From Paracoccaceae bacterium (GTDB lineage Bacteria; Pseudomonadota; Alphaproteobacteria; Rhodobacterales; Rhodobacteraceae), in the NCBI GenBank assembly GCA_003551925.1, contig PUOA01000076.1:1-43829 (forward strand): DNA of 43,829 nucleotides, in the 5' to 3' direction. Each line of letters begins with the position of its first letter. The stretch's first letter is position 1. The position numbers and the translations under genes are program-made. Under the pieces are notes generated by a model, which was given only the letters and a program-made list of their open reading frames with translations, did not search any database and was not told the DNA's origin. Below, in pieces: positions 19,352-29,138 of this stretch.

Positions 19352-20746
19352 ATGGCAGCGCGCAGCTTTGATGTCGTCGTGATCGGGGCCGGGCCGGGGG
19401 GGTATGTAGCCGCCATCCGGGCAAGCCAGCTGGGCAAGAAGGTGGCGATCGTCGAGCGCGAGCATCTGGGCGGGATCTGCCTCAACTGGGGCTGCATTCC
19501 CACGAAGGCCATGCTGCGTTCGGCGGATATCTTCCACCTCATGCAGCGCGCCGGCGAGTTCGGGCTGAAGGCCGAGAAGATCGGTTTCGATCTGGACGCG
19601 GTGGTCAAGCGCTCGCGCAAGGTCGCGGGGCAGTTGACCAGCGGGATCGGGCACCTGATGAAGAAGCACAAGATCACCGTCGTGATGGGCGAGGCGACGC
19701 TGCCCGCCAAGGGCAAGGTGGCGGTCAGGACCGACACGGGCACCGAGGAGCTGATCGCCCCGGCGATCATCCTTGCCACGGGCGCGCGGGCGCGCGAGCT
19801 GCCGGGGCTCGAGGCCGATGGCGATCTGGTCTGGACCTACAAGCACGCGCTGCAGCCCAAGCGGATGCCGAAGAAGCTGCTGGTGATCGGCTCGGGTGCG
19901 ATCGGGATCGAATTCGCCAGCTTCTACAACACGCTGGGCGCCGACACCACAGTGGTCGAGGTGATGGACCGCATCCTGCCCGTCGAGGACCCCGAGATCA
20001 GCGCCTTCGCGCGCAAGCAGTTCGAGAAGCAGGGCATGAAGATCATGTCCAAGGCGAGTGTGAAGCAGCTCGACCGCGGCAAGGGCACGGTGACCGCCCA
20101 TATCGAGACCGGCGGCAAGACCGAAAAGCACGACTTCGACACCGTGATCTCGGCCGTGGGGATCGTGGCCAACACCGAAGGGTTGGGGCTCGACAAGTTG
20201 GGCGTCAGGATGGACCGGTCCTTCGTGGTCACCGACGATCACTGCCGCACCGGGGTCGAGGGGCTTTATGTCATCGGCGACGCCACCAACGGGCCCTGGC
20301 TCGCGCACAAGGCCAGCCATGAAGGCGTGATGGTGGCCGAGCTGATCGCCGGCGGGCACCCGCACCCGGTGGACCCCGACGCCATCGCCGGGTGCACCTA
20401 TTGCCACCCGCAGGTCGCGAGCGTCGGCCTGACCGAGGCGCAGGCGAAGGAGAAGGGCCACAAGGTCAAGGTCGGCCGCTTCCCGTTCATCGGCAACGGC
20501 AAGGCCATCGCGATGGGCGAACCCGAAGGCCTGATCAAGACCGTGTTCGACGCGGGCACCGGCGAGTTGCTGGGCGCGCATATGGTCGGCGCCGAGGTGA
20601 CCGAGCTGATCCAGGGTTACGTGGTGGGCCGCACGCTGGAGACCACCGAGGCAGAGCTGATGAACACGGTCTTCCCGCACCCGACGCTGTCGGAGATGAT
20701 GCACGAATCGGTGCTCGACGCCTATGGCCGTGCGCTGCACATGTAA
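19352..20746 (+). CDS. lpdA: Dihydrolipoamide dehydrogenase (E3)
   Basis: GAGPGGY, GGICLNWGCIPTK redox disulfide, GSGAIG and HPTLSE. Confidence 0.97.
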   Translation: MAARSFDVVVIGAGPGGYVAAIRASQLGKKVAIVEREHLGGICLNWGCIPTKAMLRSADIFHLMQRAGEFGLKAEKIGFDLDAVVKRSRKVAGQLTSGIGHLMKKHKITVVMGEATLPAKGKVAVRTDTGTEELIAPAIILATGARARELPGLEADGDLVWTYKHALQPKRMPKKLLVIGSGAIGIEFASFYNTLGADTTVVEVMDRILPVEDPEISAFARKQFEKQGMKIMSKASVKQLDRGKGTVTAHIETGGKTEKHDFDTVISAVGIVANTEGLGLDKLGVRMDRSFVVTDDHCRTGVEGLYVIGDATNGPWLAHKASHEGVMVAELIAGGHPHPVDPDAIAGCTYCHPQVASVGLTEAQAKEKGHKVKVGRFPFIGNGKAIAMGEPEGLIKTVFDAGTGELLGAHMVGAEVTELIQGYVVGRTLETTEAELMNTVFPHPTLSEMMHESVLDAYGRALHM

Positions 20747-20750
20747 GCAG

Positions 20751-20812
20751 GCGTGATCCGGCGGAGCGGCGTTCCGCCGCACGCGACAGGTCGCGCCCCC
20801 TGACGGGGGCGC
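20751..20812. repeat. Two GC-rich hairpins between convergent lpdA and tyrS (REP-like or terminator-like)
   Basis: GCGTG..CGGCGGAGC/GTTCCGCCG-CACGC (20751-20784) and GCGCCCCC-TGAC-GGGGGCGC (20793-20812); no U-tract. Confidence 0.5.
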
Positions 20813-20842
20813 TCCGTGGCGCCCGGCAGGACCGTTTCGCGC

Positions 20843-22111
20843 TTATCCCTGCGGTGCGTCCTGCGTCAGCGTCACGAGCGCGTGGCGCTTCTTGCCGGCG
20901 GTGAGCTTGAGCGGCGCGGCGAGGTCTGCCGCCGAGACCATCTGCCCCGGATCGCTGACCGGTGCGTCGTTCGCCCGCGCCCCGCCATCGGCGATCAGGC
21001 GCTTCGCCTCCTTGCCCGATCTGGCGAGCCCTGCGCGCACGAAGAGCTGCGCGATCGACACGCCGTCGCCGAGTTCGGCGGACGTCAGCGCAAGGGTCGG
21101 CAACTCCTCGCCCAGCTCGCCGCGCTCGAACACGGCACGCGCGGTGGCTTCGGCGGCGGCAGCGGCCTCGGCGCCGTGGCAGAGGGTGGTGACCTCGTTG
21201 GCCAGCCGGATCTTGGCCTGGTTGACCTCGGAGCCCTGCAGCGCGCCGAGGCGCTCGCACTCGTCCACCGGGAGTTCGGTGTAGAGCTTCAGGAACCGGC
21301 CCACATCGGCGTCGGTGGTGTTGCGCCAGAACTGCCAGAAATCATAGGGGCTGAGCATGTCGGCGTTGAGCCAGATCGCCCCGCCCGCCGATTTGCCCAT
21401 CTTGCGCCCGTCCGAGGTGGTCAGCAGCGGCGTGGTCAGCCCGAAAAGCTCGGCATCGGCCAGCCGGCGCGCCAGGTCGATCCCCGAGACGATGTTTCCC
21501 CACTGGTCCGACCCGCCCATCTGCAGCCGGCAGCCGTGGCGGCGGTTGATCTCGACGAAGTCATAGGCCTGCAGGATCATGTAGTTGAATTCGAGGAAGC
21601 TGAGCGATTGCTCGCGGTCCAGCCGCGACTTGACGCTTTCGAACGCCAGCATCCGGTTGACGCTGAAATGCCGCCCCACGTCGCGCAGGAACTCCAGATA
21701 GTTGAGCCCGTCCAGCCAGTCGGCGTTGTCGAGCATCAGCGCGTCGGTGTCCCCATCGCCGTAGGTCAGGTATTTGGCGAAGACCTGCTTCATCCCGGCG
21801 ATGTTGGCGGCGATCTGTTCGGGGCCCAGCAGGGGGCGTTCCTCGGACCGGAAGGACGGGTCGCCCACCTTGGTGGTTCCGCCGCCCATCAGCGTGATCG
21901 GCTTGTGTCCGCAGCGCTGATACCAGCGCAGCAGCATGATGTTCAGCAGGTGCCCCACATGCAGCGAGGTCGCGGTCGCGTCATAGCCGATATAGGCGGG
22001 CAGCGGCCCTGCGCGCAGCGCCTCGTCCAGCCCCTGCAGGTCGGTGCAATCGGCCAGAAAGCCGCGCTCGATCAGCACGTGCAGGAACTCGGATCGCGGG
22101 CGGTAGGTCAT
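20843..22111 (-). CDS. tyrS: Tyrosine--tRNA ligase
   Basis: [29 protein letters not shown] and a C-terminal S4 domain; start MTYRPRSEF. Confidence 0.99.
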   Translation of the reverse strand: MTYRPRSEFLHVLIERGFLADCTDLQGLDEALRAGPLPAYIGYDATATSLHVGHLLNIMLLRWYQRCGHKPITLMGGGTTKVGDPSFRSEERPLLGPEQIAANIAGMKQVFAKYLTYGDGDTDALMLDNADWLDGLNYLEFLRDVGRHFSVNRMLAFESVKSRLDREQSLSFLEFNYMILQAYDFVEINRRHGCRLQMGGSDQWGNIVSGIDLARRLADAELFGLTTPLLTTSDGRKMGKSAGGAIWLNADMLSPYDFWQFWRNTTDADVGRFLKLYTELPVDECERLGALQGSEVNQAKIRLANEVTTLCHGAEAAAAAEATARAVFERGELGEELPTLALTSAELGDGVSIAQLFVRAGLARSGKEAKRLIADGGARANDAPVSDPGQMVSAADLAAPLKLTAGKKRHALVTLTQDAPQG

Positions 22112-22176
22112 TTTCGCTTGTCCTGTGGCCAAGGGTGGGGCTGTCTATAGCGGGCAGGCAGGATGAGGGAAAGGCC

Positions 22177-23274
22177 ATGATCGGAGCCGATCCGGTAACG
22201 GTGCTGGGGACCATGTCGGGCACCTCGATGGACGGGGTGGACGCGGCGGTGCTGGTCACCGATGGCGAGCGGATCCTGCGCTTCGGCGCCAGCGCCTATC
22301 GCCCCTACGGCGAGGACGAGCGCGCGGCGTTGCGTGCCGCGCTGGGGCGTTGGCCGGGCGAGGCGGGGGTGGATGCGGCGGCGGCGATGGTCGAGCGCGC
22401 GCATCTGGAGGTCATGGGCGGGCTGATCGAGGGCGTGACGCTGGCGGGGTTTCACGGCCAGACGCTTGCGCATGACCCTGACGGCGCGCGGACGCATCAG
22501 GCGGGTTCGGGCGACGCGCTGGCGCGCGCGCTGGGGGTGCCGGTGGTGTGGGATTTTCGCACCGCGGATGTGGCACTGGGCGGACAGGGGGCACCGCTGG
22601 CGCCGTTCTATCATTTCGCGCTGGCGCGCCATATCGGCGGCGACGCGCCGGTGGTGTTCCTGAACCTCGGCGGGGTAGGGAACCTGACATGGGTCGACCC
22701 CGCCGCCGCGCGGCCCGAGGATCCGGGCGCGCTGCTGGCCTTCGACACCGGGCCGGGCTGCGCGCCGCTCGACGACCTGTTGCGCGCCCGGCGCGGGCAG
22801 CCGCGCGACGAGGGCGGCGCGCTGGCGGCGGCGGGCACCCCCGATCTGGAGGTGGTGCGCGCGATGCTTGCGGGGCGGTATTTCCTGAAGCTGCCGCCCA
22901 AGTCGCTGGATCGCGACGGGCTGGGCGATCTGGTCGGCGCGGTCGCGCATCTGGACGACGCCGACGCCGCGGCGACGCTTGCGGCCTGCGCGGCGGCGGC
23001 GGTGGGCGAGGCGGTGTCGCTGTGCCCTCGCCCACCTGCGCGGATGCTGGTCGCCGGCGGGGGGCGGCACAACCGCGCGCTGATGGCGATGATCGCGGCG
23101 GCGGTGGACTGCCCCGTCGCACCGGTCGAGGATGCGGGGCTTGATGGCGACATGCTGGAGGCGCAGGCCTTCGGGTTTCTGGCTGTGCGCGTGGCGCGAG
23201 GGCTGCCGACATCGTGCCCCGGCACCACCGGCGTGGCGGCGGCGGTGGGGGGCGGGCAGATCAGCCGGCCATGA
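22177..23274 (+). CDS. anmK: Anhydro-N-acetylmuramic acid kinase
   Basis: [35 protein letters not shown] and PPKSLDR; divergent from tyrS as usual. Confidence 0.97.
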   Translation: MIGADPVTVLGTMSGTSMDGVDAAVLVTDGERILRFGASAYRPYGEDERAALRAALGRWPGEAGVDAAAAMVERAHLEVMGGLIEGVTLAGFHGQTLAHDPDGARTHQAGSGDALARALGVPVVWDFRTADVALGGQGAPLAPFYHFALARHIGGDAPVVFLNLGGVGNLTWVDPAAARPEDPGALLAFDTGPGCAPLDDLLRARRGQPRDEGGALAAAGTPDLEVVRAMLAGRYFLKLPPKSLDRDGLGDLVGAVAHLDDADAAATLAACAAAAVGEAVSLCPRPPARMLVAGGGRHNRALMAMIAAAVDCPVAPVEDAGLDGDMLEAQAFGFLAVRVARGLPTSCPGTTGVAAAVGGGQISRP

Positions 23275-23280
23275 GGGTGC

Positions 23281-23931
23281 TCAGCGCGGCGCCAGAAGCC
23301 TTGTGTAGAGCGTGTCCATAAACGCCTCGGCGCCGTCGGTGGGGTCGGTGTCGTCGCCGCGGATCATGCGGATCTGGGCCTCGAAATCGGCATAATGCTG
23401 CGTCAGCGCCCAGATCGAGAAGATCAGGTGATAGGGGTCCACCGGCGCGATCCGCCCCTGATCGGCCCAGCGGCGCAGCAGCGCGGCGGTGTCGTCCACC
23501 AGCGCGCGCAGGTCGGTGCGGATCACCGCTTCGATCCGCGGCGCGCCTTGCAGGATCTCGTTGGCAAACAGCCGGCTTTCGCGTGGGAATTCGCGCGACA
23601 TCGCGAGCTTGCGGCGCATGTAGCCCATGATTTCGGCCACGGGCTCGCCCTCGGGGTTCAGCATCCGCAGCGGGTCGAGCCAGGTGCTCAGCAGGTCGGT
23701 CAGCAGTGCGCGGTGGATCGCCTCCTTGCCGTCGAAATAATACAGGATGTTGGGCTTCGACAGCCCGGCCTCGGCCGCGATCTGGTCAAGCGTGGCGCCG
23801 CGGAAGCCGTGGGCCGAGAACACCTCGAGCGCGGCGTCGAGGATGATGCGGCGGTTGCGGCGCTGGATGCGGGTGGTGGTGCGCGCCTCGGCGGCCCCGC
23901 TGCTGCCGCGCTGCGCGTTTGCTTGCGCCAT
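23281..23931 (-). CDS. rutR: TetR family pyrimidine utilisation regulator RutR
   Basis: HTH GATLDQIA..AGLSKPNILYYF, ESRLFANEILQGAP and IWALTQHYADF. Confidence 0.92.
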   Translation of the reverse strand: MAQANAQRGSSGAAEARTTTRIQRRNRRIILDAALEVFSAHGFRGATLDQIAAEAGLSKPNILYYFDGKEAIHRALLTDLLSTWLDPLRMLNPEGEPVAEIMGYMRRKLAMSREFPRESRLFANEILQGAPRIEAVIRTDLRALVDDTAALLRRWADQGRIAPVDPYHLIFSIWALTQHYADFEAQIRMIRGDDTDPTDGAEAFMDTLYTRLLAPR

Positions 23932-23976
23932 GCTGCTCTCCCGTTGCCACTCCTGCGCGCTTCATTGAAAAGAAAC

Positions 23977-23992
23977 TTGACTGAATGGTCAA
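23977..23992. promoter_or_regulatory. RutR operator
   Basis: TTGACTGAATGGTCAA, a near match to TTGACC-N4-GGTCAA, between rutR and the divergent operon. Confidence 0.85.
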
Positions 23993-24073
23993 CGCTGGTA
24001 GCGTCCTGCCAAACCGTCATCGACACCCCAAGTTGCGGCGCGATGCATCGGTGCTGTTCAACGGAGTATCGCC

Positions 24074-25396
24074 ATGGCGCTCGACCGACCCACCCCCAAC
24101 GACCTGCGCGCGTTCTGGATGCCGTTCACGGCGAACCGGCAGTTCAAGTCCTCGCCGCGGATGTTCGTGTCCGCGAAGGACATGCACTACACCACCGCCG
24201 AGGGGCGGCAGGTGCTGGACGGGACCGCCGGGTTGTGGTGCTGCAACGCCGGGCATTGCCGGCCCAGGATCACCGAGGCCGTGGCAAAGCAGGTGGGCGA
24301 GCTGGATTACGCGCCCGCCTTCCAGATGGGCCACCCGGTGGCGTTCGAACTGGCCAACCGGCTCGTCGATCTGGCGCCCGACGGGATCGATCATGCGTTC
24401 TTCACCAATTCGGGCTCGGAATCGGTGGAGACCGCGCTCAAGATCGCCATCGCCTATCACCGCGCCCGCGGCGACGGGGCGCGCACCCGGCTGATCGGGC
24501 GCGAGCGCGGCTATCACGGGGTCAATTTCGGCGGCATCTCGGTCGGCGGGATCGTCAACAACCGCAAGATGTTCGGCACCCTGCTGGGCGGGGTGGACCA
24601 CATGCCGCACACCCATCTGCCCGACAACCAGTGGAGCCGCGGCCAGCCCGAACACGGCGCGCATCTGGCCGACGAGCTGGAGCGGATCATCGCGCTGCAC
24701 GGGGCCGAGACCATCGCCGCGTGCATCGTCGAGCCCGTCGCGGGCTCGACCGGGGTGCTGATTCCGCCCAAAGGCTATCTGGAGCGGCTGCGCGAGATCT
24801 GCACGAAACATGGGATCCTGCTGATCTTCGACGAGGTCATCACCGGTTTCGGGCGGCTGGGCGCGCCATTCGCCGCGCAGTATTTCGACGTGCTGCCCGA
24901 CATGATGGCCACCGCCAAGGGGCTGACCAACGGCGTGATCCCGATGGGCGCGGTGCTGACCACCGGCGCAGTGCATGATGCGTTCATGCAGGGTCCCGAA
25001 CACCTGATCGAGCTGTTCCACGGCTACACCTATTCGGGCAGCCCCATCGCCAGCGCAGCGGGTCTTGCAACGCTGGAAACCTATGCCGAGGAGGACCTGT
25101 TCGCGCGCTGCGCCGGGATCGCGCCCTATTGGGAAGAGGCTTTGCACAGCCTGCGCGACGCGCGCCATGTCATCGACATCCGCAACATGGGCCTGATCGG
25201 CGCGGTCGAACTGGAGCCCATCGCCGGGGAGCCGACCAAGCGCGCCTTCAACGCCTTCCTGAAGGCATATGAAAAGGGCATCCTGATCCGCACCACCGGC
25301 GACATCATCGCCATGTCGCCGCCGCTGATCATCGACCGCGCGCAGGTGGACCAGCTTGTCGGCACCCTGCGCGAGGTTCTGGACTCGCTGGACTGA
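24074..25396 (+). CDS. Omega-amino acid (beta-alanine):pyruvate aminotransferase, class III PLP
   Basis: FWMPFTANRQF, SGSESVETA, YHG, FDEVITGFGR, TAKGL and HGYTYSG. Confidence 0.93.
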   Translation: MALDRPTPNDLRAFWMPFTANRQFKSSPRMFVSAKDMHYTTAEGRQVLDGTAGLWCCNAGHCRPRITEAVAKQVGELDYAPAFQMGHPVAFELANRLVDLAPDGIDHAFFTNSGSESVETALKIAIAYHRARGDGARTRLIGRERGYHGVNFGGISVGGIVNNRKMFGTLLGGVDHMPHTHLPDNQWSRGQPEHGAHLADELERIIALHGAETIAACIVEPVAGSTGVLIPPKGYLERLREICTKHGILLIFDEVITGFGRLGAPFAAQYFDVLPDMMATAKGLTNGVIPMGAVLTTGAVHDAFMQGPEHLIELFHGYTYSGSPIASAAGLATLETYAEEDLFARCAGIAPYWEEALHSLRDARHVIDIRNMGLIGAVELEPIAGEPTKRAFNAFLKAYEKGILIRTTGDIIAMSPPLIIDRAQVDQLVGTLREVLDSLD

Positions 25397-25406
25397 GGGG
25401 GCGCGG

Positions 25407-25538
25407 ATGACGGCGGCCGAGGCCATCCGCGACCGTGCCGCGATGGTGCGCCCGATGCGCCCCGAGCGGGTGCCGGGGCGTTGGGTGTTCCGTGCCGTGG
25501 ATGTCGCCGACCTGCCCGCGCTTTCAGAAACTGCCTGA
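25407..25538 (+). pseudogene. 43-codon remnant resembling the N-terminus of DUF2241/ACT-domain proteins
   Basis: GAGGGG SD, then MTAAEAIRDRAAMVRPMRPERVPGRWVFRAVDVADLPALSETA*. It resembles the D...M...M.P.L.PG.(F/W)VF start of roughly 130-aa ACT-like proteins; similarity judged from memory. Confidence 0.5.
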
Positions 25539-25556
25539 TACAACGGAGAACCACGC

Positions 25557-26807
25557 ATGACGGCCCCTGCCGCGAACATGAAGATCAATGCCGACCGGCT
25601 GTGGGACAGCATCCACGAGATGGCCGAGATCGGCCCCGGTATCGCGGGCGGCAGCAACCGCCAGGCCCTGACCGACGAGGATGGCGAGGGCCGCGCGCTG
25701 TTCCAGCGCTGGTGCGAAGAGGCCGGCGGCACCGTCAAGGTGGACGCGATGGGCACCATGTTCGCCGAGTTTCCGGGCGAGGACCCCGACGCGCTGCCGG
25801 TCTATGTGGGCAGCCATCTGGATACCCAGCCCACCGGCGGGCGCTATGACGGGGTGCTCGGCGTCCTGTCGGGGCTCGAGGTGATCCGCACCATGCGCGA
25901 TCTGGGGCTGCGCACCCGCCGGCCCATCGTGGTGACCAACTGGACCAACGAGGAAGGCACGCGGTTCGCGCCGGCGATGCTGGCCTCGGGGGTGTTCGCC
26001 GGCGTGCTCGATCAGGACTGGGCCTATGCGCGCGAGGATGCGAAGGGCGCACGCTTCGGCGACGAGCTGGCGCGCATCGGCTGGAAGGGCGACGAGCCCG
26101 TCGGCCAGCGCAAGATGCACGCGTTCTTCGAGTTGCACATCGAACAGGGCCCGATCCTGGAAGCCGAGGGCAAGGATGTGGGCGTCGTCACCCACGGACA
26201 GGGGCTGCGCTGGATCCAGTGCACGGTGACCGGCAAGGGCCAGCACACGGGCTCGACGCCGATGTACATGCGCCGCAATGCCGGGCGCGGGCTCGCGCGC
26301 GTGACCGAACTGGTGCACGACATCGCCATCGCCCGCCAGCCCGCCGCCGTGGGTGCGATCGGGCATATTGATGTCTATCCCAACTCGCGCAACATCATCC
26401 CCGAAAAGGTGGTGTTCACGGTCGATTTCCGCTCGCACATTCTCGACACGCTCGAGGACATGGTGGCCGAGTTCCACGCCACCGCGCCGGGGCTGTGCGC
26501 CGATATCGGGCTGAACTTCAAGGCCGAGCAGGTCGGTGCCTTCGACCCGCCCGCCTTTGATGAAACGCTTCTGAAGCGCGTGCGCGCGGCCGCCGACCGG
26601 CTGGGGCACAGCCACATGGACATCGTCTCGGGGGCGGGCCATGATGCGTGCTGGATCAACCGGCTTTACCCCACCGTGATGATCATGACGCCCTGCGTGG
26701 ACGGGCTGAGCCACAACGAGGCCGAGGACATCAGCAAGGACTGGGCCGAAGCCGGCAGCAACGTGCTGCTGCACGCCGTGCTGGAAACGGCCGAAATCGT
26801 CGCCTGA
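25557..26807 (+). CDS. pydC: Beta-ureidopropionase / N-carbamoyl-beta-alanine amidohydrolase (M20 family)
   Basis: GSHLDTQPTGGRYDG, NEEG, ELHIEQGP, SGAGHDA and GLSHNEAE. Confidence 0.9.
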   Translation: MTAPAANMKINADRLWDSIHEMAEIGPGIAGGSNRQALTDEDGEGRALFQRWCEEAGGTVKVDAMGTMFAEFPGEDPDALPVYVGSHLDTQPTGGRYDGVLGVLSGLEVIRTMRDLGLRTRRPIVVTNWTNEEGTRFAPAMLASGVFAGVLDQDWAYAREDAKGARFGDELARIGWKGDEPVGQRKMHAFFELHIEQGPILEAEGKDVGVVTHGQGLRWIQCTVTGKGQHTGSTPMYMRRNAGRGLARVTELVHDIAIARQPAAVGAIGHIDVYPNSRNIIPEKVVFTVDFRSHILDTLEDMVAEFHATAPGLCADIGLNFKAEQVGAFDPPAFDETLLKRVRAAADRLGHSHMDIVSGAGHDACWINRLYPTVMIMTPCVDGLSHNEAEDISKDWAEAGSNVLLHAVLETAEIVA

Positions 26808-26856
26808 GGGACCCCTCGCAAGGCACGGAACGATCGAAAAAAACAGGGAGACCAAG

Positions 26857-28311
26857 ATGCCGAGCACCGTGATCCGCAATGGCACCATCGTCACGCATGA
26901 CCTGACCTACCGCGCCGATATCCGCGTCGAGGGCGGGGTGATCACCGAGATCGGGACCAACCTCGGCGGCGACACCGAGCTTGACGCCTCGGGGTGCTTC
27001 GTCATGCCCGGCGGGATCGACCCGCACACGCATATGGAGATGCCCTTCATGGGCACCTATTCGTCCGATGACTTCGATTCGGGCACCCGTGCCGCGCTTT
27101 CGGGCGGGACCACCACGATCATCGATTTCTGCCTGCCCAGCCCCGGGCAGGGGCTGATGGACGCGCTGCAGATGTGGCACAACAAGTCCGGGCGCGCGCA
27201 TTGCGACTATGGCTATCACATGGCCATCACCTGGTGGAGCGAGGATGTCTTTGACGGCATGGCCGAAAGCGTCAAGCGCGGGATCACCAGTTTCAAGCAC
27301 TTCATGGCCTACAAGGGCGCGCTGATGGTCAACGACGACGAGCTGTTCTCCAGCTTCCGGCGCGTCGGCGATCTGGGCGGCGTGGCGATGGTGCACGCCG
27401 AAAACGGCGATGTGGTCGCCGAACTGACCGCCAAGCTGCTGGCCGAGGGCAACACCGGCCCCGAAGGTCACGCCTATTCGCGGCCCAGCCAGGTCGAGGG
27501 CGAGGCCACCAACCGCGCCATCATGATCGCGGACATGGCCGGCGTGCCGCTCTACGTGGTCCACACCAGCTGCGAGGAGAGCCACGAGGCCATCCGCCGC
27601 GCCCGCCAGCAGGGCAAGCGCGTCTATGGCGAGCCGCTGATCCAGCATCTGGTGCTCGATGAAAGCGAGTATTTCCACCCCGACTGGGACCACGCCGCGC
27701 GCCGCGTGATGTCGCCGCCGTTCCGCAACAAGGCGCATCAGGCGAGCCTCTGGGCCGGGCTGCAGGCGGGGTCGCTGTCGGTGGTGGCCACCGATCACTG
27801 CGCGTTCACTACCGAGCAGAAGCGCTACGGGGTGGGTGATTTCTCGAAGATCCCCAACGGCACCGGCGGGCTGGAGGACCGGATGCCGCTTTTGTGGACG
27901 CATGGGGTGAACACGGGTCGGCTGACGCCCAACGAATTCGTCGCCGTGACATCGACCAACGCCGCCAAGATCTTCGGGATGTATCCGAAGAAGGGTGCCG
28001 TCGCGGTGGGGGCCGACGCCGATCTGGTGGTCTGGGACCCGGAAAAGGAAAAGACCATCACCGCCGGAGCGCAGCAATCGGCCATCGACTACAATGTGTT
28101 CGAGGGGCTCTCGGTGCGCGGTCTGCCGCGCTTCACGCTGACCCGCGGGCATGTCGCGGTGCATGACGGCGAGATCCGCTCCGAGCCGGGCCACGGGAAG
28201 TTCATCGAACGCGAGGCCAACACCCCGGTCAACCGCGCGCTCAGCCAGTGGAAGGCGCTCACCGCGCCGCGCCCGGTCGAACGCAGCGGCATCCCGGCCA
28301 CGGGGGTCTGA
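26857..28311 (+). CDS. hydA: Dihydropyrimidinase
   Basis: PGGIDPHTH, SFKHFMAYK, VHAENG, VMSPP and ATDHC. Confidence 0.96.
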   Translation: MPSTVIRNGTIVTHDLTYRADIRVEGGVITEIGTNLGGDTELDASGCFVMPGGIDPHTHMEMPFMGTYSSDDFDSGTRAALSGGTTTIIDFCLPSPGQGLMDALQMWHNKSGRAHCDYGYHMAITWWSEDVFDGMAESVKRGITSFKHFMAYKGALMVNDDELFSSFRRVGDLGGVAMVHAENGDVVAELTAKLLAEGNTGPEGHAYSRPSQVEGEATNRAIMIADMAGVPLYVVHTSCEESHEAIRRARQQGKRVYGEPLIQHLVLDESEYFHPDWDHAARRVMSPPFRNKAHQASLWAGLQAGSLSVVATDHCAFTTEQKRYGVGDFSKIPNGTGGLEDRMPLLWTHGVNTGRLTPNEFVAVTSTNAAKIFGMYPKKGAVAVGADADLVVWDPEKEKTITAGAQQSAIDYNVFEGLSVRGLPRFTLTRGHVAVHDGEIRSEPGHGKFIEREANTPVNRALSQWKALTAPRPVERSGIPATGV

Positions 28312-28316
28312 GGCGC

Positions 28317-29108
28317 ATGCGGGACAGCGCGGCCGCTCCGGTGATCGCGGCGCAGGGGCTGGGACTGACCTTCCAGACCAATGACGGCCCCGTCCACGCG
28401 CTGCGCGACGTCTCACTCAGCATCGGCAAGGGCGAATTCGTCAGCTTCATCGGCCCCTCGGGCTGCGGCAAGACCACGTTTCTGCGCGTCATCGCCGATC
28501 TGGAGCAGCCCACCGCGGGCCAGATCACCGTCAACGGCATGTCGCCGGCCGAGGCCCGCCGCGCGCGCGCCTACGGCTACGTGTTCCAGGCGGCGGGGCT
28601 TTACCCGTGGCGCACCATCGAAGGCAATGTGCGCCTCCCGCTGGAAATCATGGGCTACAGCCGCGCCGAGCAGACCGAGCGCGCGGCGCGCGTGCTCGAG
28701 CTGGTCGATCTGGCGGGGTTCGGGCGCAAGTTTCCGTGGCAGCTTTCGGGGGGCATGCAGCAGCGCGCCTCGATCGCGCGGGCACTGGCGTTCGACGCCG
28801 ACATCCTGCTGATGGACGAGCCCTTCGGCGCGCTCGACGAGATCGTGCGCGACCGCCTGAACGAGGAACTGCTGCGGCTGTGGCACCGCACCGAAAAGAC
28901 CATCGGCTTCGTTACCCATTCGATCCCCGAGGCGGTGTATCTGTCCACCCGGATCGTGGTGATGTCGCCGCGCCCGGGGCGGATCACCGACGTGATCGAC
29001 AGCCCCCTGCCGCGCGAGCGCCCGCTCGACATCCGCGACACGCCGGAATTCATCGAGGTCGCCCACCGCGTGCGCGAGGGGCTGCGGGCGGGGCACGAAG
29101 ATGACTGA
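28317..29108 (+). CDS. ABC transporter ATP-binding protein (NitT/TauT family, pyrimidine uptake)
   Basis: GPSGCGKT, LSGGMQQR, LLMDEPFGALD and VTH. Confidence 0.95.
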   Translation: MRDSAAAPVIAAQGLGLTFQTNDGPVHALRDVSLSIGKGEFVSFIGPSGCGKTTFLRVIADLEQPTAGQITVNGMSPAEARRARAYGYVFQAAGLYPWRTIEGNVRLPLEIMGYSRAEQTERAARVLELVDLAGFGRKFPWQLSGGMQQRASIARALAFDADILLMDEPFGALDEIVRDRLNEELLRLWHRTEKTIGFVTHSIPEAVYLSTRIVVMSPRPGRITDVIDSPLPRERPLDIRDTPEFIEVAHRVREGLRAGHEDD

Positions 29109-29138
29109 GCGGCGCTCGATCCGGCGAGGGCAGGCGGC

